From Chthoniobacteraceae bacterium (GTDB taxonomy: Bacteria; Verrucomicrobiota; Verrucomicrobiia; Chthoniobacterales; Chthoniobacteraceae), in assembly GCA_040081625.1 (NCBI GenBank), contig JBEBGD010000051.1, forward strand, positions 1-37,048: 37,048 nucleotides of DNA, in the 5' to 3' direction. The notes beneath the pieces are model-generated. The model was given only the letters and a program-made list of their open reading frames with translations, had not been told where the DNA came from and did not search any database. Below are positions 9,347-19,200 of the stretch, piece by piece. Position 1 is the first letter of the stretch, and each line of letters starts with the position of its first letter. The translations under genes were made by a program, and so were the position numbers.

Positions 9347-11305
9347 ATGAGCGATCTGACCCGCCGACTTCAAAGCGCCCACGCCGCCGGACACCTCCTC
9401 GAGAGCACCGTCGCCAACATCGAGAAGACCCTCGCCAGCGCGACCTCTCCATTCGTCGCCGAAGTCGTCGCGGAACTCGTGGCCAAGGGCGAGTGGGCCG
9501 AGCTGAACGACCGGTTTTTCAAGACACTCGCGTTCGGCACGGGCGGCCTGCGCGGACGCACCATCGGCAAGGTCGTGGCCGACGCCGAGCGCGGCACACC
9601 GCAGGCGCTCGACCGGCCGGAGTTCCCGTGCGTCGGCACGAACGCGATGAACTACACGAACGTGAGCCGCGCCACGCAGGGGCTCGTCGCGTATTGCAAA
9701 AAGTGGTTCGCGAAAAACTCGCTGCCCGGCCGCCCGAAGATCGTCGTCGCGCACGACACGCGGCATTTCTCGCGCGAGTTCACGGAACTCATCGCCCGCG
9801 TCGCCGCGGACCTTGGCTGCGATGCAGCGCTCTTCGCCGGCCCGCGCTCCACGCCTGAGCTTTCCTTCGCCGTGCGCCATCTCGGTGCGAGCGCGGGCAT
9901 CGTCGTCACCGCCAGCCACAACCCTCCGCACGACAACGGCTACAAGGTCTATTTCAACGACGGCGCACAAGTCATCGAGCCGCACGCGGGCGGGATCATC
10001 GACGAAGTCAACGCGATCGAGTCCGACACGTTCGAGCCCGTCGCCGGGCGCGGCACGATCGAGACGCTCGGTGCGGAGATCGACGAGGCCTACATGGCGC
10101 GGCTCGAGACGCTGCTGCTCGATCGCCCGATGGTCGATGCCGCCGCGCGCGCCGGGCTGCGGATCGTCTTCACGAATATCCACGGCACCGGTGGCGTGAT
10201 CAGCATGCCGATGCTCTCGCGCCTCGGCTTCGCCGCGATCCCCGTGCCCGAGCAAGAGCCGTTTGATGGACGTTTCCCGACTGTGGAGTCGCCGAACCCC
10301 GAGAACGCGGAGGCGCTCTCGCTCGGCATCGCGCTGGCGCGCGAAAAAGGTGCCGACCTCGTCATCGCGACCGATCCCGACTGCGACCGCATGGGGGTCG
10401 CCGTGCGCAATCGAGCCGGCGATCTCGATCTGCTCAGCGGAAATCAGATCGGCTCGCTCATGGCCGCCTACCGCGTCCGTAAGCTCATCGAGCAGGGCGT
10501 CATCACGCCGCAGAACGCGGGCCGTTGCGTGATCATCAAGACGCTCGTCACCACCGGCCTGCAAAATGCCATCGCCGCCGCGCACGGACTCAAGTGCGTC
10601 GAGACGCTCACCGGCTTCAAATACATCGGCGCAAAGCTCGGAAAATACGAAGCCGCCACCGGCCTCAGCTCCGCTGACTATCGCGCGAAAAGCGAGCCGG
10701 AGACGCGCGCGCTGCGGCTCGCGAAGTCGCACTTCTACGTCTGCGGGGGCGAGGAGAGCTACGGCTACAGCGCCGCCGACTTCGTGCGCGACAAGGACGG
10801 CAACGGCTCCGTCGTCGTCTTCGCCGAAGTCGCCGCCTACGCGAAGTCGCGCGGCCTCACGCTGCCCGAGTATCTCGACGAGATCTTCGCTGAATACGGC
10901 TTCTACCTCGAGAAAGGCGGCAACCTCACCTTCGAGGGCGCCGAGGGTGCCACGAAGATCGCGCGGCTCGTGCAGAGCTACGCGCAACAGCCGCCCGCGG
11001 ATCTCAACGGCATCGCGGTCACGGCGACGCGCAACCACGCGGAGGAAGACATCCTCGACAGCGAAGGTGAACTGCTGCCCCGCGAGAAAATGCTGATGAT
11101 CGAATGTGCCGACGGCGGACGCGTCGCGATCCGCCCGAGTGGCACGGAGCCGAAGATCAAGTTCTACATGTTTGCCCGGCGCAGCCCCGCGCCCGGCGCG
11201 AAATTCTCCGCAACCGAACTCGCGCAGATCAAAGGCGAAGTCGCCGCATCGCTCGACGCGATGTGGACGTGGATTCAGCGCGACGTGGAGACTCGCCTCG
11301 CGTAA
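9347..11305 (+). CDS. pgm: Phosphoglucomutase/phosphomannomutase (phospho-sugar mutase)
   Basis: FGTGGLRG, catalytic TASHNP, metal loop DPDCDR, GGEESYG and RPSGTEPKIK. Confidence 0.93.
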   Translation: MSDLTRRLQSAHAAGHLLESTVANIEKTLASATSPFVAEVVAELVAKGEWAELNDRFFKTLAFGTGGLRGRTIGKVVADAERGTPQALDRPEFPCVGTNAMNYTNVSRATQGLVAYCKKWFAKNSLPGRPKIVVAHDTRHFSREFTELIARVAADLGCDAALFAGPRSTPELSFAVRHLGASAGIVVTASHNPPHDNGYKVYFNDGAQVIEPHAGGIIDEVNAIESDTFEPVAGRGTIETLGAEIDEAYMARLETLLLDRPMVDAAARAGLRIVFTNIHGTGGVISMPMLSRLGFAAIPVPEQEPFDGRFPTVESPNPENAEALSLGIALAREKGADLVIATDPDCDRMGVAVRNRAGDLDLLSGNQIGSLMAAYRVRKLIEQGVITPQNAGRCVIIKTLVTTGLQNAIAAAHGLKCVETLTGFKYIGAKLGKYEAATGLSSADYRAKSEPETRALRLAKSHFYVCGGEESYGYSAADFVRDKDGNGSVVVFAEVAAYAKSRGLTLPEYLDEIFAEYGFYLEKGGNLTFEGAEGATKIARLVQSYAQQPPADLNGIAVTATRNHAEEDILDSEGELLPREKMLMIECADGGRVAIRPSGTEPKIKFYMFARRSPAPGAKFSATELAQIKGEVAASLDAMWTWIQRDVETRLA

Positions 11306-11317
11306 GCCCATCGCTCA

Positions 11318-11632
11318 ATGAGCCGCGAAAACGAAATCCAACTCGACGGATCCGAAGTCACCGTGATCAAGGCGATCGGCCTGAGCGGCGGCGAAGTCGA
11401 TGGGAAGACGCTTCTCGAGCGGCTGCCGGACTTCGTTCTCGCCGAACTCGTGGACACGCTGCACGGGCTCGTCGCCCAGGCCTACGTCGAGTCCGACAAA
11501 GGCTCGTATCATCGCAAGGAAGAATTCGAGAAGACCCACTTTCACGTGAACCCGAGCTACGCGCACGACCTCAAGGACGCGCTCAATCCGCGCCCCGAGC
11601 CAAAGAAGAGCCGGCGCGTGCGGCGTGAGTGA
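11318..11632 (+). CDS. Small hypothetical protein (104 aa), possibly winged-helix-like
   Basis: Fills the gap between pgm and lnt with typical codon usage; overlaps the lnt start by 8 nt. Confidence 0.75.
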   Translation: MSRENEIQLDGSEVTVIKAIGLSGGEVDGKTLLERLPDFVLAELVDTLHGLVAQAYVESDKGSYHRKEEFEKTHFHVNPSYAHDLKDALNPRPEPKKSRRVRRE

Positions 11633-13232
11633 CGGAGAAGTGCGGAGTGAGTCGTCTCCCGAGTCGCGACGATCTGCGATTCGCATTTTCTGGCCGTGGT
11701 TCGCCGTTCTCGCGGCTGGCGTGTTGCTCGCGCTCTGCTTTCCGCCGGTCGATCGCGGCGGGCTTGTATGGCTCGCGCTCACGCCGCTGATCGCTGCGGT
11801 GTGGTTCGGGAGCAAGCGTCCGTTCCTCGCCGGCTATGTCGCCGGGCTTGTGTTCTTCACGGCGACCTTCCAGTGGCTCCACGCACTCGCGGAGTTGTTT
11901 CAAGCGCCGGCGCTCTTCGGTCTGCCGCTTCTGCTCGGCGCGTATCTCGCGCTTTACCCCGCTGCGTGGGCGTGGTTCCTCGCGCGAGTGCAGCCGCAGA
12001 GCTTCATCAACTCGTGGCGCAATCTCGCCACCGGCGCGCTCGCCGCGAGTGCGTGGACCGCGCTTGAATGGGTGCGCGGCTGGATGCTCAGCGGCTTCGG
12101 GTGGAACGGCCTCGGCGTCGCGCTTCACCGCGACCTCCCGATGATCCAGATCGCCGAGTTCACCGGCACGCTCGGCCTCACCTGGCTCGTCGCCTTCGTG
12201 AACGTGATGATCGTCATCATCATCCGCCGCATCGTCGGCGAGATCGGTCCGGGTTTTCTAAAACGCGTCCGCTGGGAGTTCAGCATCAGCGTTTCGCTAG
12301 TGATGCTTGTGTTCGGTTTCGGCATCCGCCGACTCCTGCGCGAGCAGCCGGCTCCATCCGCGAGCCTGCGAATCGCCGCGATCCAGCCGAACATTCCACA
12401 GGAGCAGAAATTCAATCGCGCCGCCGAGGACGAAACTTTCGAGACGCTCGAGCGTCTCACGCTCATGGCCGCCGCGATGCAGCCCGACTTGATCCTCTGG
12501 CCCGAAGCCTCTACGCCGCGCGGTCTCTTCGCCGACCATGAAGTCTTCGATCGTTTCGAGAAGCTCCGCGCGCAGGTGGCGAGCCCGATGCTCGTCGGGA
12601 CGGTCGAAGACGACTTCGAAACCGACCAGCCGCGCACCTACAACTCCGCGCTGCTCCTACCCGCCGGCCCCGGCCCGCTGACCGAACGGCCTCCGACCTA
12701 CCGCAAAATTCACCTCGTCCCCTTCGGCGAATACCTCCCGCTGCGCCCGCTGCTCAACCCCATCGCCGGCGGTCTCGTGCCCGGCGACATCGCCGCCGGA
12801 AGCGACCTCACCGTCTTCCGCGTGCGCGACACGCGAGTCGTCGCGCTCATCTGCTTCGAGGACACGCTCGGCGACCTCACGCGCCGCTTCGTCCAACGCG
12901 GCGCGGATGTGCTTGTCAACATCACCAACGACGGCTGGTTCCTGCGGACCTGCGGCGCCGAGACGCATCTCGCCAATTCCGTGTTCCGAGCGGTCGAGAA
13001 TCGCCGCCCACTCGTCCGCTGCGGCAACACAGGCGTGACTGCGCTCGTCCGCCCGACCGGTCACGTCGACCGCTGGCTTGAGCCGCACCGCGAAGGTTTC
13101 ACCGCGCGCCCGCTCGAACTGCGGGCTACACCGTCGACGTTCTATTCGAGGTTCGGCGACTGGATGGGGTGGCTGTGTGGTGCTGCGACAGGGCTTGCGC
13201 TGTCTGCACGAAAGCTGTTCGCCGGGAGGTGA
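11625..13232 (+). CDS. lnt: Apolipoprotein N-acyltransferase
   Basis: Multi-TM N-terminus, GFGWN, QPNIPQ, WPE, YRKIHLVPFGEY, LICFED, NITNDGWF and RAVENRRP (nitrilase E-K-C triad). Confidence 0.95.
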   Translation: MSDGEVRSESSPESRRSAIRIFWPWFAVLAAGVLLALCFPPVDRGGLVWLALTPLIAAVWFGSKRPFLAGYVAGLVFFTATFQWLHALAELFQAPALFGLPLLLGAYLALYPAAWAWFLARVQPQSFINSWRNLATGALAASAWTALEWVRGWMLSGFGWNGLGVALHRDLPMIQIAEFTGTLGLTWLVAFVNVMIVIIIRRIVGEIGPGFLKRVRWEFSISVSLVMLVFGFGIRRLLREQPAPSASLRIAAIQPNIPQEQKFNRAAEDETFETLERLTLMAAAMQPDLILWPEASTPRGLFADHEVFDRFEKLRAQVASPMLVGTVEDDFETDQPRTYNSALLLPAGPGPLTERPPTYRKIHLVPFGEYLPLRPLLNPIAGGLVPGDIAAGSDLTVFRVRDTRVVALICFEDTLGDLTRRFVQRGADVLVNITNDGWFLRTCGAETHLANSVFRAVENRRPLVRCGNTGVTALVRPTGHVDRWLEPHREGFTARPLELRATPSTFYSRFGDWMGWLCGAATGLALSARKLFAGR

Positions 13233-13248
13233 GCCGGCAGTCGCCGTG

Positions 13249-16200
13249 TTACACGGTCGGATTGCGCAGCACGATGCTGACGTCGCTGGTGGCCTTGTTC
13301 GAGACGACTATGTCGGGTGCTCCGTCGCCGTTAAAGTCGCCTGTGGCGATTGCGCTCGATAGCCGGGAGATGGTGTTGCTGACATTGATGGTGTTTCCGA
13401 GACCGAACCGGACAACGGGCTCGAAGAGGCCTGTGCCGCTGCCAAGCGCGATGCGCAACGCGGCGCCTGAGTCGGAGCCGAAGGCGAGATCAGCATTGCC
13501 GTCGGCATCGAAGTCGCCGGTCACCATCGTGGTCGCGGCGCGGAATGCCACGGCGAATGCCGTCGTCAACTGCGGTTCAAAAAGCCCGTTGCCGGCGTTG
13601 CCGCGACCGAGCAGCACGCTGACAAAACGGGTGACTTGGTAGTTCACCGCGACGTCGAGGACGCCGTCGTTGTTGAAGTCTGCCATCGCGAGCACTGTGG
13701 GATTCTTGCCGAGCTTGTATTTGGTCTGAGACAAGGTGAAGACGCCACTGCCATCGCCGGTGAGCACGGTCAGATTGCTTGAACCGCGGTGGGCCACGGC
13801 GAAGTCGAGATGATCGCCGGGATCGCCGTCAAAGTTCGCGACCACGAAGTCCGAGGCGTTCCTGCCACCGGTCTTCTTCGTGTCGGTGCGGTCGAAGCTC
13901 GCCAATCCCGCGACGCTGTTGCCGGTATTGAGCAGCACGGTGATCTTTGAACTAGCCTTGCTCAGCGTGCCGATATCGAGGCGGCCGTCGCCGTTGAAAT
14001 CGCCAAGGCGAACGATGCCGGGTCGCGACGCAACAGTGAACGGAACCGGGGTGGTCTCGTTCGAGAAACCACCGTTGTTGAGCAGGACGGTGACTTTGCT
14101 CGACGCTTGGTTGCTGACAACGATGTCGTTAAGGCCGTCGCCATCGACGTCGCCGATCGCCGCAGAGACCGGCCCACGTGCGCCGGTCGGGAAGGTCCGC
14201 GGCGCTCCGAAATTGCCATCCCCTTTGGCGATGAGCACCGTTACGATGTTACTCGCTTGGTTGACGACGACGATGTCGTCGAATTGATCGGCGGGGCCAT
14301 TGAGTTTCCCTGTGATGACCTGATTCGGACTTCTGCCGACGCGGTAGGTGACTGCCGCACCGAAGGCATTTGGATTCGCGCCGCTAAATCCACCGCTCGA
14401 GGTCGAGTTGGCAGCGGTTAGTGATTCGATGCCCGAGAATGTAATGTCCTCGTAGCCTGGGGCAGCGAGTTTTCCGCTGTTCGGCGAGTCTTTCGTAACC
14501 TGCACAAAGGTGCCGCGGCCGTCGATGGTCAGTTGATCCCCGGGCGGAACGCCGGGCTCATTCGGCGAAGGAGAACCGCCTTCGATCCTGCGCGGGAAGT
14601 TTTGCAGGTCGGCAAAGATGACGTCATTTGCGGCGGTCCCTACAAAGTTTTCGATCACGTCGCCGAGGATCAGAGTGCCGCTGCCGGAGGTGAACTGCTG
14701 AACGCTGCCGACCGCGTCGAGGTCGATCGACACGCCGCGCATGGTGATAAAGAGCCCCAGCGCGTTCGAAAGGTCGAGCGTGTCGGAGCCTGCGCCACCA
14801 GTGACGGTGAGGCGTCCGCTGAAGGGGCCGATCTTGAATACATTGGCGCTCACGCCGCCAATCAACTCCACGGCTTCTATGCTATTGAGTTCATCCGAAA
14901 GGTCATTGCCGATGAGCAATGAGTTGTCGGTAAGCGTGAAGTTCGCGTCCCTGAATTCCACCGCGCGATCGACGCCACGGCCGCCGTCAAAGCGATCCGC
15001 GCCGCCGCCACCGATGAGGGCATCGTCTCCGCCTCCGGCGAAGAGCTGATCGTCGTCGCCACCACCATCGAGGGTGTCGTTACCCGAGGCCGGGGCGAGC
15101 GCGAAGCCGCGCAGCGTGGTGTTGTTTTCGAAGTTGCCGATGAGGGTTGCGGCGCCCGTCGTGAGGTCGATCGAATAGAGGCCAGCGACGTCGTCTACGA
15201 CCAGCGTGGCAAACGCGACATCGCCGTTCGCGTCGATGTCGAAGCCTAGAGTTGAGTCCGCATTGACACCGAGCCGCCCGACGGTCCTGAGCATTCCGCC
15301 GGTCTGGACCACGAGGACATCGTCGCCCGAGACGATGCCGGTATCGATGCCGTAAAGAATCGTGGTTTCCGCACCGGCGAGGCTGTTGGTGAAGGCGCTG
15401 GCCGCGATTGCCGGATTGACGAGGAAGTTCACGTCATCGTTTGCGTAGGCGAGGACGGCGTCGATCGAGACTTCGCCGGTAAACGGATTGACAGAAAAGT
15501 TCTGGTTGTCGTCGCTGGTCACGCGCAGACGGTCGGACACAGGGTCGAAGTCCAGACCGAACTCGGTGCCGATGAGGGAGCTGGTGAGCTGCGCTACGAA
15601 TGTGGCGGCCCCGATATTCGGCTCGCCAACTTCGATCACATAGAGCCGGCCGACGCCATCCTTTAGCCCGAGCCCGTAGAGCGCATCGGTGCCCGGACGG
15701 AAGTCGATTCCGACGATCGTCTCCCCAGACTGAATTCCCGTAATAGCCGCGGCAACGCCGAGGTCGCCGGGCGTAGCGGGGTTGAACCTGACAAGTTGAT
15801 TGCCTTGCAATAAACCGATCGCGCCCTCGGAGCCACCAGCTGCTCCGCCATCGCCGCTGAGGATATTCTTTCCAGTGCCGCCAGAGAGCGTGTCGTCGCC
15901 CGGGCCTCCGATGAGAGTGCCGTCGCCGACGAGCGTATCGTTGCCACGCCCGCCATTGAGGATGAGGCGTGTCGTTCCCTTTGCGATGGCGTTGATGGTG
16001 TCGTTGCCGTCGCCGCCAAGAAATGTGATGGAGGTCAGGCGCGCGGGCGTGAAGAGGTTGTTGAGAGTGACGACATCGTTACCGCTCAACGCATCGACCA
16101 ACAGCGCGGTCTTGTTTGTGAACTCCAGATTTTGCTGCTGATCAATGACGAGCAGTCCATTGGTTGCAGCGGCAGCATTTCGATAGTCGATGGTATTGCT

Positions 16201-19200
16201 CTTTTGATCCGCAAAGACCGTGAGCGTGGCGACCGGGACGGAATCAACAGCGAAAAACACACTCTCGAACTGGACCCTCTGCGTGCCGCTCGGGCCGGTG
16301 ATCGTGCTCGTGCCGGTGCCAAGGAGTGTGCCGGAGAGATAGGTGTCGGCGGCTTGATCCACCCCCGCCGACTGCTCGAGCCGTAGCGTGTTTGTGCCGG
16401 TGCCGCCGTTGAATCGGATTCCGTTGGGCGTGTTGAGCAGTCCGTTGGAACTATCGACGGTCAAAACATCGTTCCCGGCTGCGCTGTTGACGATGATCTG
16501 CGTGACGAGACCGAGGCGAAAGACGTCGTTCGGGATTTCGCTCGTATTGTTGATGAAGAGGTTCACGAGGCTCGAATCGAGCGAGTCGCGAATAAGGCGA
16601 ATCCGATCGTCCTGGCCGGGAAAGGCACGGTCGCCGGCGATTTGATAAGGCGAATCGACGCCGCGTAGCGTCTCGATCTCCGTGAAGTCGGTGGTGAGAA
16701 AACCGTGATCGTTCAGGATCGTTCCGCCCCCACCGCCGAGGTTCACGACGCCATCGCCGGAATAGCAGAAGGTATCGCCCGGCACCCCGCCGCTTGGCGT
16801 GCTTCCATCAATAAGCAGACGACTCAAGCTTGCGAAGCCAAGATCCGGTCCGGTGCTGCCGCCGGTGATGCCGGGCAGCGTCGGAGCCTGGTTGCCGACT
16901 GGCGCATTGCCGCCGATAAAGACCAGCGCGCGATTCGCAGTAGTCGGACGGATCGTGAACACGTCCTCACCAACCGTTCCGACGATCGTGGCGCTGTCGT
17001 CATCGCCTTCGCCGTTGAAATCTACGTTCTCGCTCGCGGTGACGTGGACCATTCCGCCGAGTCCGCCTACGTCGACGCCACCGGTCACGCCGCCGAGGTA
17101 AGTCAACACGAGGCTCCGCGGGCCATCGCCGGGCTGATCGAAGTTCAGAGCGACCACGTCGCGATTCGCATTATCCGAGGCAGGCTGGCCTCCGTTTATG
17201 TTTAGTGTGATCGCACCCGGGATCGTTCCACCGGCAGGAAGGCCAAGGATAAAGCGATCATTCCCTTGGAGACCGTTCAAACTCAGGGAACTGAGGTCGC
17301 TCAGTCCCGTCAGACCCAAAACCTCGAATATATCGTCGCCGGTGGCGCCGTTGACGATGAGCGACTCGGTGCCTCCGATGTCCAGCCCGAACGGCACGAG
17401 GTTCAGGCGCTGGAATGCGACCCTTGTTCCATTCGCCGCGATGCGGAACTCATCGTCCGCACCAAGTGCGCCATTGACCTGGACGAAATCGTTGCCAGCC
17501 GCGCCGTCAATGACGTCGGTGCCGTCGCCATTGCTCCATGCGATCCGGTCGTCCTCGTCCTCGCCGGCAAGCGTGTCTGCACCGCGGGCGCCGACGATTG
17601 TGTCGTTGCCGGGACCTCCCCGGACGACGTTGGCAACATTGTTGCCAATGAGGCTGTCGCCCGCCAGTCCACCGACGATATTCTCGATGTTTGCAAACCC
17701 CGTCGTTCCGGTGCCGGATGCAGCGGAGTCGACAAACGCCCCGGAAGCGAAGACCTGACCGCGAACCTGCCCGCCCGGGGCCGTAGGTGTGTGGATATTG
17801 ATGTAGGTGAGCCCGCCGAACAGCGCAGCCTCCGATGTGGCGGGTAGGGCGAGTGGCGCGGGCGCGGTAAAAGTAAACCCGTCGCCGGAAGCGATCAGTC
17901 CAGCCGTGCCAAAATCTACAATGATCGGCCCGTTTGCACCGAAGGCACCCGTGTGCAGATGGAAGCCCGTGACGCTGGCGGGATTGATACCGGAGACCGC
18001 GACGGTTATGCCGAAGTTTTTGGTGACAGGATCGTAAGTGAGCGTGGCGTCTCCTCCCGTGGTGCCGGGCCGGGCGGGCACTTCCTGGTCGGTCGAGAGC
18101 GCGCTCGTAAAGACGCCGCCGGGCGCGTTGGCGCCGAGATTGACTGCGACCGGCGTGGCGTATGCCGCGTAGCTCACCGTGTCCGTGCCGCCGCCGCCGT
18201 TGAGTTGCCCAGCCGTGCGGGCACCGTTGGCAAAAATGAATTGATCGTCGCCGCCCTCGCCGAACGCCGAGGTCGCCGCCGCGGAGATGACGTTGATGTA
18301 GAATGTGTCCGTCGCCGCATCGTCGGGATTCATGCTGCCTGCATCGTTGCCATGCAGTTCGAGTGTCACCAAGCCGCTCGCCGCGGCGGTGTGGTTGAGG
18401 TTGAATACGTCCGTGCCGTCGAGCGCGTTGACCCGCACTGTTCCCTTGTTCGCAAACGTCACGTCCTCGTAGGTCCCGCCCGGTCCGTCGCCGATCGTGT
18501 TGGTGGCTAAGGCACCGACGACCGGACCATTGCTCACCGTCACCACATCGGGGCCGGCGGTGAGGTAGATGTCAAAGGATCCAACCGTGACCGTGTCGGT
18601 GATCGGTTCGAGCCCGGTAAAGTTGATCTGCTGCGTGAGCGCGGCGTTGCTGGTCACGATCGTCCCGGCATCGGCCGTGGCGCCCGCGCGATACGCCTCC
18701 GCGAAGCCCAAGCCGCCGCCACCAGCAAGCACGAGCGAGTCGCCCACGGTCTGCGTCTGGCCATTGATGTAGATCTGGCCGCCCGGTGCGAACAGCGATC
18801 CTGCTGGATTGTTGATCGTCGCGACGTCGTCGCCCGCGCCGCCATTGAATGTCAGCGACGCAGTTCGCGTGAAGGCGACAGGCGCGCCGCCGTTGATTCC
18901 GGCCATCGTGTAGCTACCCGCGTTGGTGCTGCTTGCATTGAGCACCAGGGCGTCGTTTCCAGCCGTGCCGACGATGACCAGCGAGTGAGTCTCGACTGCG
19001 AGGCTGCGGTAGGATGTCGTGCCGGCGCCAACGTTGCTGATGAATGTCGCCGAGCCGGTGTCGAGGGTGATCCTATAAAGGCCCGTGACTCCCCCGACGG
19101 TCAGCGTCGCGAACGCAGCGTCGCTGTTCGCGGCGATATCGAAGCCCCCATCAGCGATGCTGAGGATCACTCCGAGCGGACCGACGGTGTTGAGTTGGCC

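Noticed and set aside
9005..11311. Long antisense or alternative-frame ORFs (9005-11311, 5059-6594, 26479-28620, 29638-31677, 32118-34280, 7225-8592)
   Set aside because: They are shadow ORFs of well-supported genes in high-GC DNA and carry no recognisable motifs.
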